A DNA stretch of 64,000 nt from the human T2T-CHM13v2.0 reference genome, Homo sapiens. Numbering within the stretch: position 1 is the first letter of the stretch; the number at the start of each line of letters is the position of its first letter. The stretch is taken from the NCBI RefSeq assembly GCF_009914755.1, contig NC_060929.1. One strand, 5' to 3'. The position numbers and the translations under genes were made by a program. A model generated the notes under the pieces. That model worked only from the letters and a program-made list of their open reading frames with translations, ran no database searches and was not told the origin of the DNA. Below, piece after piece: positions 1-12,795 of this stretch.

Positions 1-300
1 GGACCTCATCCACTGCTCCAGCCCCAGCTCCCCCAAATCAATTCCAGATGTGTATCCGTGGCCTTGCTCCCGCCCCGCCTGGGTGCCACACATGGACACT
101 GGGACTGCCCTCAGAACTTCAAACTCCACACGCCCAAAACCAACCCACTGGCCTCCCTCAAAGCATGCCCTCACCTCTGAAAAAGGCCTTACTATCTACT
201 CAGATCAGATCCCAAACCTGAGACCGGGAATCTCTATAGACTCCTGCCCTTCCCTCCCGTTGGCTGGGCCCACGCCATTTCCATGTGTGCCCAGGTGACC
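1..300 (+). mobile_element. L2 LINE fragment (highly diverged)
   Basis: Resembles the L2 3' region (cttcaaactccacacgcccaaaaccaac ... actatctactcag ... cccaaacctgag). Boundaries approximate. Confidence 0.45.
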
Positions 301-1729
301 TGCAAAAGTAGACACAAGGCACCTCTTACCAGGGCCATCCAGGATGACCGAGATGTCTGGTCTTAGGTCTCTAGGTTCACACCAGATGTCTCCAGAGCCG
401 GACATGATTTTCACAGCCAGGAGGGGAATGAGGCAGTTCTGATTTCTCCCTTGTGTGGACAGCCCCTCTGTGTGTGGTAAAGGATGCTTGTCTGCCTATG
501 GCCCAACCCACTACCAGTGTGATCTGGTAGAACATTAACATGCAACCTCACAACAACTGATTTTGGCTTCCTGCCACATGTAGCATACACTGCTTGGGTG
601 GGGAATTAAAAGATGAACAAACAGAGGGGTACCACCTCATGTCTGCCTTCAGGGGGCTTCTAACCGTCTGAAGAGCTTACAGATCCCTGTCATTTAGACC
701 AGGCTTCTTGGTTTCCTTAAAGTTCCAGCATCTGAAGCTTTGGCAGAAGGCCTGACCATGAGCAATCAGGAACAGCAGAGCCGCGAGTAACCCCAGGTAA
801 GGAAGCCACTCAGCGTGGAGGGGCAATGGAGAACTGCAAAATCCCAAGGAGGCAGAGCATCACGACTTCACTAGAGAGAAGGGGAGGCCACTCAGTAGGT
901 CCCAGGGTTCCAGTTTGAGCAGCTGGATCAGCATTTAAGCCACCAAGAACAGCGGGAAAGCAAGAGGTTCAGGGGAAGGTGGTGGATCTGGCGGGGCTGT
1001 GGCTCGGGGGCACTGCAGGCGGTGAGAGACCCGCGTGTGGGCTCCAGCAGGAACGGGAGAGGGGATGACAGCCTGGGACGGGCATGGGGGTCCTCAAGGT
1101 GCAGAGGGCTGGGGAGGCAAGCCTGTCCGGGAGCCTGAGGAGAGGAGCAGGAGGTGAAGGCTCTCCCAGGTAATGCCAGCACGGGAAAACACTGTTTCTC
1201 TCCGGTTTTCGGGGTCCCAGGAAAATATTTGTCCTAAGTACCGCCCACCGAGAATCCAAGTATTCCCTTCTTTCTGGTTGGTATACACTGTACATGAAAA
1301 TCAAATTTCCATAAGATGGAACCAGTCTAGAGATTCTCCACTTGGGGCTTCCAGGGGATCCAGAAATGCTCCAGTTCCAACACTGGGAACAGATCAGACC
1401 TCAGGTGCTGGGCTTCTCCCCAGCCAAGGGTCCTAATGGCACTGTAGGCCTTGCTGTGTTGGCTATGGGCTCACAGCACTGGCTTCCCAGGAGGACACAG
1501 CCCACAGACTCCTCCCCAGGTACTCGCTGGCTGGCGTGCCCTGCCCACTCAGCTCCTGCTCAGTGTCCTCCACCCCTACTGGCAGTGAGTTGCTCTGCTG
1601 GAAACACACAGCAAACCCAGCAGCCTGGTCCCATCCCTGGCACACCTTCTAGGGCTTCCTGAAGCTCTGGAGAGAAAGCCCTCCCTAATTATGGTCAGGA
1701 GGGCTTGCCTGCTCCTACCCCATCTTCCA

Positions 1730-2140
1730 GACGCCCCTTGCACTCCACGCCCTGCAGCTCACACTCCTGTCATCACCTCCTGCTACAGGGCCGTTGCACA
1801 TGCTGCTTCCTCTCTCAGTGGCTCCTCCCTCCCCCTGCACAGGGAGCTCCATCATATGTCAACTCAAGCCCACTTTGTCAAAAAAGCTTCCCAACCTCCC
1901 AGACCTGCTGAGCTCCTTGCATCCCAGGGCTCCATGCTGGCTTGTGCCTCCTTTTCCTCACACTGTCCATAGCTGCAATTTCACGTGAGCTCGTGTGATG
2001 TCTAACTCATGCCTGTGTTGCCTCTCATCTATAAATTCCACGAGGGCAGAGACCGCATGCCTTCTAGCTCACCACGGGATCCTCAGTGCCTAGAACAGTG
2101 TGTGGCACACAGAAGGGTTGATGCAGGAACATGCTGGAAG
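1730..2140 (+). mobile_element. L2 LINE 3' end fragment
   Basis: Typical L2 3' motifs: cagggccgttgcacatgctgcttcctct, and tataaattccacgagggcagagacc ... cagtgcctagaacagtgtgtggcacacag. Confidence 0.65.
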
Positions 2141-2420
2141 GACTCTGAGACCCCAGGTCAGACCAGACCCATAGCAAGGGGATCTTGCAGACACAGGAAT
2201 GCGAGGGCGGGGCTGTGTCTTGGGCTAAATGAGGTTTTTTGTTTCACTAGCAGTGCTTTCTTATAAACAAGCTATCCCCTGAGATCTTCACCTCACTGCT
2301 GTTTATCACGTAGAGAAAAGAATGGCCCCTCTTTCATCACAATGGTCTGACCGAGATTGTGACTACTGAGTAATGTGGAGTGATAACTTTGAGACCATTC
2401 TACTCCAGGACTTCCACTAA

Positions 2421-2718
<298 letters not shown>

Positions 2719-2928
2719 CTTCCACCAATTATTTTAATGAGAGAATGGAAATGCTCTCATTATTTATGTTGATTATTTTAAATGAAATTGAATAACTGAT
2801 AGAACAGCTTAAACACAGATGAAAATTTTAAACCATCTGAATAAAAAGGAGCAATAACAGTTAATCGCTCCCAGGTAATATGTAGTTTAACAAGGACAGA
2901 TGTAAGATAACCTGTAAAAAGGAGAAAG

Positions 2929-3294
<366 letters not shown>

Positions 3295-3789
3295 TCAATA
3301 TAGGATTCAAACCGGAGCGCATAAGGCCCTCAGCTTTCCTCTCCGTGAGTTCTTGACATTCAGAAGATATTCTCTATTTTATCACATTTTCCCCTCATTA
3401 AAAGTAGTCTGTGCCATTTGACAATTATTGAACAAGACCACTTAATAATTCAGTTTGGTTTGTTTATATCTATTAGCATGAGTTTTGAAAATGAATGTAA
3501 TCACAATCTTACCTAATAGATACTTGTTATGTTTCAGAATGCTATGAACATCATCAATTTTTCTCACATGTGAAGAAATCTGCACATTAACTCAGGCAGT
3601 AACCAGAAGGCAGGCACCTGCCATTTTTGGGGAATATACTCAACGGCACAGACCCTGTTCTCCTTTATACATGTGACATCTGCAACACCTCGAGAAAGCA
3701 TTGGCACCCAGAAAACTCACTGACTGTTGGGGAACTAGCAGTGTTTGAGTGCTAAGTAGAAGAACTCAGGGACTCAAGAGGGACCCATC

Positions 3790-4006
3790 CCCTCACCTGG
3801 GACTGCAGGTGCACTGGTTCCCTGTGTGCCCCTTCTTTAGAATGAACTATGTCCTAAGCCCAAACGTACGAGTTTGATTATAGCTACTCATCCAGTATAC
3901 TTTGAGTTTTGATCGTCACTTTTAGGAAGCTCTATCGTATTTTGTCATTTCATCCTTTACTCCTTAGAAACCGTCTAAATTTCAATTTGCTTCCATCACC
4001 CTTTTC
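3790..4006. repeat. Copy A of a diverged ~220-bp direct repeat (partner at 11850-12073)
   Basis: Shared exact blocks in the same order: cgtcacttttagga (3914-3927), catttcatcctt, ctaaatttcaatttgcttcc (3975-3994). Confidence 0.85.
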
Positions 4007-6434
4007 GACTCGTAAAATACTATTGGTGACAACAGCGAAAGACACACACATTTCAGATCTCATTTCTTAATATTCACATGTTTTCAACGCACTTAATTCA
4101 ATATATGATCTGGCTACATCCCATCTAGAGCTGGAGATTGTATTTGTCTGTGAGCCTAACTCTGTCTTCCTCTTCATGAAGTAGGGATTTCTGAATTGCA
4201 CTGGGCTGTAGAGAAGAATGCAATAAAGAAGCGCTATTTCAAGTCTACACGACACAGTTGAAAGTTACAAATCCATCAAGATGGAAAGAATTGAGCTTAT
4301 TAATGTCCTCAAATGCATTTATCTTAACATCTACATTACACTTTGCATGTTTAGAAAAATAATTCGGCTTGTAATTATCTTCTCATAAAATGTAATCATA
4401 AATGACACCATAACTCCGAAATAAACCAGAGAAAACCAGAATATTTTATGTGAAATTTAACATTCCACTGTGCTCTTTTTCACATTCCACAAGCTCAAAT
4501 CATATGTCAGAGATTAACTCGGCCATTCTTTAATTTTGACTTTGTGCAGCAGATTTCACGTTATTTAAAAAGCTTTATATTAAAGTCATTCAAATGTGAA
4601 TAATTGAAATTATTTTTAATGATTGTGCCATTAGAGACCAGACTTACACAGATCTCAAACTGACCTAGTTTTTTTCTTTCTTTCATCAGTTCGTTTTACC
4701 GGTGAGTGTAAACAGATTTTCTCTAATTAGATATGTACTTTTCAAGCAATATCAGAAAGTAGTTACCTTTAACATTTGTTCTTGACATCTGTCATCCCTG
4801 CGTTGTCTCAGAGCACAGGGACTTGCCTGTGATGTGTATACAAGGATCTTCTGCACACATCCCTGTCAGTTCTTCTGCCAGGAAGCCCTTGATGTCTTCT
4901 AACCTTTCATTGTGAGGAATGTACATTTAATTACCAGGAAAATGACTATGATGTAATAGGTCAAGACACGCGCAGCTTCTGCTAAGGAGGGGCTCTGCGT
5001 AGGAGCGGCAGTCGGGGGAGCGCTCCACAACCCGGCGCTCCAAGAGAGCCCAGGCGTCCGGAGCACAACACCAGCCTCCATTCCTTCCTGCTGGAGTGGG
5101 CAGTAGGTCCACCAGTAAAAATAAGTCAATTATAAAGGATATAAACATGCTTCAGACATTCAGAAATCTAGATACTCCTCAAATCACTAGTTTCGTTATA
5201 GGATCAACGACTTTTCTTTGGATTAGAATTTCCTCGTTAGAGGGATTTGGCATCTGTGATTTCTGATTTTGTGTGTGTGTTTGTAAAGTCCAGTAATTTA
5301 TTCAGGTAACTGCAAAGTAACCTGAGTGTAGTGATGAAACAGGTTTTTAAAAAAATCTTGTAGAGTTGTATGACAGAATCTTTAAATGATATCCTCATAA
5401 AACACCTACAAAGCATGCAATTCAGGTCTCGTAGACAAAAATTTCTTCACACTTATATTATTATTTTGTATTGTTCTTATGTTGAGGCTTCAGTTACTCA
5501 GTATTTAATTAAACTGTATAATCTAGTAACAGGGACAATTGGCGTGAATGGGTCTAGGAAATTCACCGCTGACTCTTGGTGAATGTTGCAACTCAACCTC
5601 TGCAGCAGGGGTGAGGTCCCAGCGTGGCCCTGGGCTGACAGAGGTGCACGTGCAGAGGAGTGGAGAGAGCTGATGGAAAACATCGGGAAATGCCACAGTT
5701 AGGACTCAGCCTGGATTTGGAGGGTAAGCGGGTGCTTTCACTGAAGTTAATGTTGCAGAGCAGCAAAGCCAAGACCCTTCCATTCCTACCAGCGAAGCCC
5801 TCCCATGTGAGGATCAGAGAACAGACCCGAGTCTGTGGACACTTTCCTAGTAAGAATCCTGCTTCTCACAGGCCTGGGGTGAGCAGGTCACAGCCTTATC
5901 ACAACATTGCCAGCAAAATGACAACGTGCGGGTCTGCAAACAGGCCCCTTGCTTGGACCCCGGCGCAGGTTCAGCCGACAGAACAAGGCTCTGGACAAGG
6001 TCCCCCCGTCTGGCCATCAGGGCTCTGCCCAGCACACTTTCCCCTTCAGTGGCTGCCCCACCAGCAGGACTAAAAATGGAGACACAGACAGCTAGCTTGG
6101 GAGCCTTTAAGCTATGCTGGACTTGGTGTATTTGATTTGTGCATCTCTAATCCTTTTTAGGCAGGAGGTAACGGAAATATTTGTACACTGTGAGGAACAT
6201 CATAGCCCATGGTCTGAAAATAAGGAGGACACGTCTCATCGGAGCCACGACGTGACCTCAGCACTGACTTGTCGTCTCAGGAGAAGGAAGGGAAAGTGGA
6301 GTTCACATGTTGGGAATTGAGTGAACGCAGGCGGTCCTCACAGAAGCTGGAGAGACAATTTTCAGCTGTCTTAAAGAATTAAGAGCGGTGGTGTTTCCCT
6401 TCTGTTTCCTGCTCCTAAAAATTGGCTCCATTAG

Positions 6435-6643
6435 CAACCATCCATTTTGAGGGGGTAGAGCCACCATCGGCATTCAGGTGGTCGAGTCACCATCCGTGTT
6501 CAGTGGGTAGAGTCAACATCCGTGTTCTGGGGGTAGAGTCACCATCCATGTTCGGGGGGTAGAGCCACGATCCGTGTTCGGGGGGGAGAGCCACGATCCG
6601 TGTTCGGGGGGTAGAGTCACCATCTGTGTTCAGAGGGCAGAGG
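6435..6643. repeat. Minisatellite, ~26-bp unit, ~8 copies
   Basis: Tandem unit cac(c/g)atccgtgttcggggggtagag(t/c), degenerate at both ends. Confidence 0.92.
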
Positions 6644-8521
6644 GGCCTCATGCCCAAACAGTTTGAGTGATTCACTCACAACACTAACATGGGTCAGAAT
6701 TTTAAAACTAAACATCAAAGCACCGCAAATGTACATTGAGAATTCCCAAAGACTCCTTATAAAATACCCTTTGCAGGGGAGTGACAACATTTGCAGTTTG
6801 TAGTTTCTTTGGTGGCAAAGAAGGAATTGCACTTCCTCAGCTGTGGCGCCCCCTCCAACGGGAGTCTGCAGGCAGGATGCGAACCATGCCCGGGCTCCAG
6901 CCATAATCACAAACACTCGGCAAACAGGGTGTTTATGTGCTTGTTGAACAAGAATGTAAATCTTTTGGAAATCGGAGCTCACATAAGGTCTGGAAAGTTA
7001 GTCTTTTCCTCCTTCCCCGCGGTGCCCCTATCTGCTCGAGTCAGCTGTGTGCCAGCGAGAAGGAGACGCACTCGGAGAAGGCGTCCAAGCCTCTGTGAGC
7101 AGCGCCCACGCCTCTACTTGTGGAGCTGCAGAAGGCAGGCGGGAGGAGGCCGCTCTGACACCTGCTTCACCAGGTCTCTCAGAAAGCCTTGTGGAGGACT
7201 GAGTCCTGTGGAGCCTGTGACTCATTTGGAGCTTATTTGCTCAATCACTGCCACATCTTGCTGGGTTTTATTTTTTCCCCTCCACAAGTTGCACAAAATT
7301 CACCTTGAACATGAATCATGTGAAGTTTGTTTTTCTTCGAGGCCGCACCTGCTATTCCGTGCCATCAGGCTGGTGCTGCTTTGTCCCAAGCTTTCATTTC
7401 TTGGGTTAGGGGAAGCTGTCATATGGGACGAACTGAATACAGGAGTCCAGCCCAAAGACAGGGACTAATAATAAAAATGAAAGCAACTCCACGTGTATAT
7501 TTACAAGCTTTCTTCCTGTGTTATCTCAGCTTTCACACTACCTGGGCAGAGTCAGTGCTATCCAGACACTCATTGCACGAAGAAGCTGAGTGGCATGTGG
7601 AGGAGGTAGTGTGTGGCTGCTGTCTAGGAAACAGAAGTGCTGAGTTGCAGTGTGTGCCCATTTCTATGGTGTAAATGTCCCTAGCCTGGCCAGTTTCAAG
7701 TTCCCAGGATGGCTTCACTGCATGGGAAGTTGGAAAGGGAGGGTATAGCTGGCTGCAGCCACCACTGGGAGAGATCCAGGAACTCACTAATAGAAGGGCT
7801 CTTCACTGAAAGACATGGAGTCAGGGGCCACGCCAGGCAGCTCTGCTCAGGGGGTGGAGCTCCTCACCGTTCTGACCTGCATGGCGCCCTCTTCCAGGAT
7901 GAAGCGTAAACACGTGAAAGGCAGATGTGGGGAGCTGGGCTGTTGAAGCCCAGCACTCAGGCTGGGATGAGCTTCGGGTTGTGTTTTGCTCTGCAGATAG
8001 CCCCAGAGCTCACTGCTCAGGTTGCAGGAACCCAGCCCGTGGCAGAAGTCGGCAGCCACACCAGTGCTCTGCTTGCCTTCCAGGTGTTGTTCTATTTTTA
8101 GCTCCCAGATGTTAGAGCTTCTCCTCTCACCTCAGCCCACTCTCCGTTTATTGATTCCGATCCCTGGGTGGTCACTTTTGTCTCTTCTCAGTTAGGAAGG
8201 GGGGTAAGATCCAGAGCCACAGGTGAACTCGCCTGTATTGAAGTCTTTGGGCCAGGTCTGTAATGATCTGACTTCTCCCAGAACCCCCTCTTCTCTGGAA
8301 GTTCCAACTGTGCACTGAGCCCATTGTAGGGAGCATTTGAACCAAAACCCAGCGACACTGCTGACATTTGACTTTCAGCAAACCTTGATTGACGGTGACA
8401 CACCATGCTTCGAGAAGGAATGAGCTGTCCCCCCACTGTGGATAATTGCTTTGTGCTAACAGTGGGATTGGCAGAGCTGCACATGTCAGACATGGGCCTG
8501 CCCAGGAACAAAAATGGCACC

Positions 8522-8634
8522 GGGAACCTGCCAGATCGCTCCCCGCTGCAGGGTCATTTCCCCAACCTTCTGAAGATGTGGGAACCTGCCAGACTGCTCC
8601 ACGCTGCGGGGCCATTTCCCCAGCCTTCTGAAGA
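8522..8634. repeat. Tandem duplication, 58-bp period, 2 copies
   Basis: gggaacctgccaga...tttcccca(a/g)ccttctgaaga begins at 8522 and again at 8580. Confidence 0.9.
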
Positions 8635-9189
8635 AAAGTCATCCGCTGCATCACACAAACTACTCTGGCCCTTGGCAGGAAGGGAGAGCAAGCCCGGGGT
8701 GGATCGTACAGGACCTGATTTATTTCCAGGGGACAGAGAGTCAGCGGCTGGTACTGCCGAGATGGTCAGAATCTATGTTGTCAAAGTTACTTTAAATTGT
8801 TTGTGTTCTCTGTTCCTCACATAAACAACTTCCAATGGAGAAATTAAAATGCAGCCACTTATTCCAACCAGGACAGACACCTTTGCTGAGCCTGGACTTC
8901 TCGTTCTGGACACTGAGGTTGGCATGCTCTCTATTTCGTTCTGGAGGAACCCAATGGAATTGAGGCCAAAAAATGCCCACTGCATGGGGGCCACTAGTGC
9001 ACCAAGAAGGCTGTTTCCTCCCCATGCCACTCCCCAGGCGAGTGAACGTAGAAGCACCTCACAGTGAGCCGACACTGTGAAGAGCCCTGAGCACCGAGGG
9101 CCCGGGAGAGCCTCGCGCTGTGGCCCAGGCAGGAAAATGGTGTGTGTTTCCCTGTGCAGGTCCCTGGGACCTGCAGCTGTGGGTTTTTT

Positions 9190-9516
9190 TTTATTATTCT
9201 TTTTCTTTCTTTCTTTCTTTTTTTTTTTTTTTTTTTAGACAGAGTCTTGCTCTGTTGCCAGGCTGGAGTGCAGTGGCACGATTTGGCTCACTGCAATCTC
9301 CGCCTCCCAGGTTCAAGCAATCCTCTTGCCTCAGCCTCCCGAGTAGCTGGGATTACAGGCATGCACCACAATGCCCAGCTAATTTTTTGTATTTTTAGTA
9401 GAGATGGGGTTTCACTATGTTGGCCAGGATGGTATCCATCTCTTGGCCCTTGTGATCTGCCTTCCTTGGCCTCCCAAAGTGCTGGGATTACAGGCATGAG
9501 CCACGGCCCCCTTGTC
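9190..9516 (-). mobile_element. Alu SINE (AluSc-like) with long T/TTTC tail
   Basis: Reverse-complement Alu with tgttgccaggctgg and ttggccaggatgg; flanked by similar agctgtgg..ttttt sequences (probable TSD). Confidence 0.95.
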
Positions 9517-11159
9517 GGAGCTGTGGACTTTTTAAGGACATGGGCAGCCAATTAGAAGCATGAGAAGTCCAGCTGGAAGGACGCAGGCAGCAGGCCGGAT
9601 GCCTGGGAGCCAGCCCCAGACCTGCTGCTAACCCCCTGTGGAGTCTTGTGCAAAGGTTTAGCTTTTCTGAGGTTGAGTTTCGTCTTGGAGAAGGATGATC
9701 TCAGCTTTGATGATGAGAAGAGATGGCCCTATGTCTGGCACTATGTCAGATCCCCCACCTGGCTTCAGGGGAGGGAGGGCAGGCTAGGGGACAGTGTCTG
9801 AGGCTCAACAGAAGACCTCGGAAGCAGGAGCCTTGGTGAAGAGAAGTCTCGGGGCAATGACAGCTGTTGCCTTCCCATGGAGGTGGGGAGAAGGTGGGGT
9901 GGGCCTGGTCTCTGTCAAACGTCCTGGAATGGGGGTGGATCCATGGTAAAGAAAGAGATTTTCAGACATTGTCCTGGCTCACGTTGAAATGGGCAGCCCC
10001 GTGAGGCTGCGAGTTTGCCATCTCAGGAGAGGGGCAGTGGGATAACTTTCCCTCAAAGATCCTGCAGGGGTCGAGACAGGCACCCCAGGGTCCCGCTTAG
10101 GCTGTGACGATTACTAGGGTGGTGGCCTCGGAAGTCCGGTTATCTGATTCAGATCATGTGTCTTTTTTAAATTGTATGTACAATGAACAGAACCCATTCA
10201 TTCATTTGTATCTCTATGTGCAATGGGTTATAATAGACTCTAGGATGTTGAGTCTCTGGAAGACACGACACTGTGTTTGGCAGATTTTACTGGAAAAAAC
10301 ATTCTGCATGAGTGATATTAGTTTTAAATTCCCACCCAGGGATGTTGGACATTGACTAATTCTCCCATCACCTTTTGTAAATGGGTAGGATCCCGCCCTA
10401 CGTAATAAACAATCCGTATCCCACAACAGAGCCATCCAGAAACACCTTCGCTGAAATGATCCCAGCCTACATAAACCAAAGAGACGGTGTTCCCATCCAC
10501 CTCAAATTTAAATTGATGCTTTGTTTAGCACCAAATAAAGTGCAGCTTTGTTAACTACCACCTTATCCTCCTGTCCAGGGAGACCAACTGATTGCTTCTT
10601 AAAGCCACGAATAGACAAAGTAAAAATCCATAGCTACATTAGTTGCAGGTTACTGGTCAATAAATGTTCATTAAACAGTGCACGGGTTCTATTCAGTCTA
10701 CAATGTCATTTGTTTCCTATTTTTTATTAGCTTTGATCATACAATAAGGCTTTTTTTTTCTTTTCTTGGAGCAGTAAATCTGCATCAATACAAGTAAATC
10801 TCCACCTAACATGAGGCATTGCATCTTTATTAGTGAGAGAACAGTGCTGCATGCAAACTCCCTCCCCGGCCCTCCGTCCATCTCCACACTGCAGGGAGCG
10901 TCTTTGCAGAGGTGGGGAGAGCTGCTGGGCATCTGCGTGGAAAAGGAAGAAGGAACCGAACCATTAATGCTAATGGCCAGTTAGGGCTTGGAGCTTCCAT
11001 GCGACATGGGCCTCTCCACTCAGGGACTCTCTCCCCTTTTCCATTCCTAACACTACCTGGGTCCAGTGTCTGGGGACTGCTGTGAGTCCACACATTTCTC
11101 CCACAGTCTCTGTTCAATGGCCCGACATAAGGAAACGGGGGACTCTTTCTGGCCCAGAC

Positions 11160-11285
11160 TCAGACACGATCTCTCAGGGTCTGGGGCTCTGCGTGTATAA
11201 AATGAGTCTCCTGAAACTTGTACAACTCAGGAGTTAGCAAGACCGGGAGGAGTAAATGAAATCTTGAGTGTGAAGCCAGCATCAA
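11160..11285 (+). mobile_element. MIR SINE relic
   Basis: MIR-core-like tgtataaaatgag ... ggagtaaatgaaatcttgagtgtgaagcc. Confidence 0.4.
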
Positions 11286-11849
11286 CCTGTCTCAGTTACT
11301 GTCCTGCCCACCTTGACTGTGCATACCTCAGTCACAGTTTCTAAACTGAGATACTTCATCTAAACTGAGTCACTTCAACGTACATTTGCATTTCAATAAA
11401 AAATATCTTATTTTTTTAAGGAAAAAAGTTCCCTACTATAACACTTGTAAATCAAACGGGGGGAAAATGGACATTTACTTTTTAACTTTTCATTCCAAAG
11501 AATGAACAACTCATCAGATATTGGGCAACCTAATCGTTGAAAATCTTCATTTGGAGGCGGGGGCCCTCCAGTGAGCAGGGAAACCACCGTGAATGGAGGC
11601 TGTGTGAACATTTGCATTTGAAAACAATTGATCTTTCATTTGCTCAAGAAATATATACAGGGTTATTTTTATTATTCTTTCACTGATTTAGTTCAAGTTC
11701 CTGATGCTCTTCTGGGAAAAAAAAAAGATTTTTACTCAGTAGGGGGGCCTGTTGCAGTCCACAAAAGGTCAGATTAGAGTGTCAACATTTGTCTTATTGT
11801 AGCACCCAGAGCCCTGCATGGGAAGTGCCCCTACCACCCTTGGAGAGCT

Positions 11850-12073
11850 CTGGGATCACCTGGAATTCACGAAACCACCTTCCCAGTGGGCACCCAAAAT
11901 GCTCCTCCCTTAGGAAGAAATTTATAAAGCTCAAACTTTAAAAAGCTTGATTACGATACTCACCTAATATGCTTGAGTCTTAACCGTCACTTTTAGGAGG
12001 GTTCTGCTTTCACATTTCATCCTTGACACCTTTGAAATATGCTAAATTTCAATTTGCTTCCTTTATCCTTTTC
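11850..12073. repeat. Copy B of the diverged ~220-bp direct repeat (partner at 3790-4006)
   Basis: cgtcacttttagga (11985-11998), catttcatcctt, ctaaatttcaatttgcttcc (12042-12061). Confidence 0.85.
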
Positions 12074-12760
12074 CTTGGCAGTCTCTCAGGATTCTAAAGA
12101 AAAATGCAGCTCTGCTGTTTCCCAGCTTGCTGGGACAGGAGATGGGGTGAGTCCACCTACACAGCTCAACTGGGGAAGGGAATGAGCCCAGGGGCTTGGG
12201 CCCACAGCAGAAGGTGCCTGGCCCACCCCGTCTCTGTCCCGCAGCACGGCTCAGTGACCGGCTCCGGAGAATCACGTTCCTCGGCAATTGTGCCTTTGTG
12301 CTTAACTTCATTTTTTCCTATGATGCCAAATTACAAGCAATTTGGAAATTTCAGGAAAAGGAGACTGAGATCCATTTTTAAAAAATAACCTCTCTGACTT
12401 GAAAGTTTTGATCAAGTCCCGATTGTAGAGTTCAACTGTTTGTGTTCAGAAGGAAACATGGCACTCATTAGCTTGAATATCCTGGACACATGGCTAACAG
12501 TCAGTAGGAAAAAAAAATTCTGAGAAAATGGTGCAAGCCAGATGGGGTTATTGCACCGTTGTGTGAAACATGGGCTTATTTACCATAATGGGAGCGAATG
12601 CGGCCCCATTAGCACAGACGGCCTTTCCTGGGATGATGTCATAATTGGCCTTAGAAAGCATTCAGCCACATTTAGCCACTCTCTAAAAATTAAACTCTGG
12701 TTTTAAGTTGCCCCATGCATAGGCCTGGCAAAATACAGTTTTTAATTTTTAAAAGAAATG

Positions 12761-12794
<34 letters not shown>
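12761..12794. repeat. (TA)4(TG)13 microsatellite
   Basis: Read directly from the sequence. Confidence 0.95.

Positions 12795-12795
<1 letters not shown>

Noticed and set aside
4955-5110. CpG-rich patch as a promoter or coding exon
   Set aside because: Only ~150 bp, with no convincing splice pair or recognisable peptide; cannot be supported without external data.
6435-6643. CRISPR-like array (also considered 8522-8634 and 50582-51108)
   Set aside because: The units are head-to-tail with no unique spacers, there are no cas genes, and the DNA is primate.
6791-7468. Longest ORF (225 aa) as a protein-coding gene
   Set aside because: TTG start, no recognisable domain, Cys/Arg/Ser-rich composition typical of chance ORFs, and no supporting gene structure.
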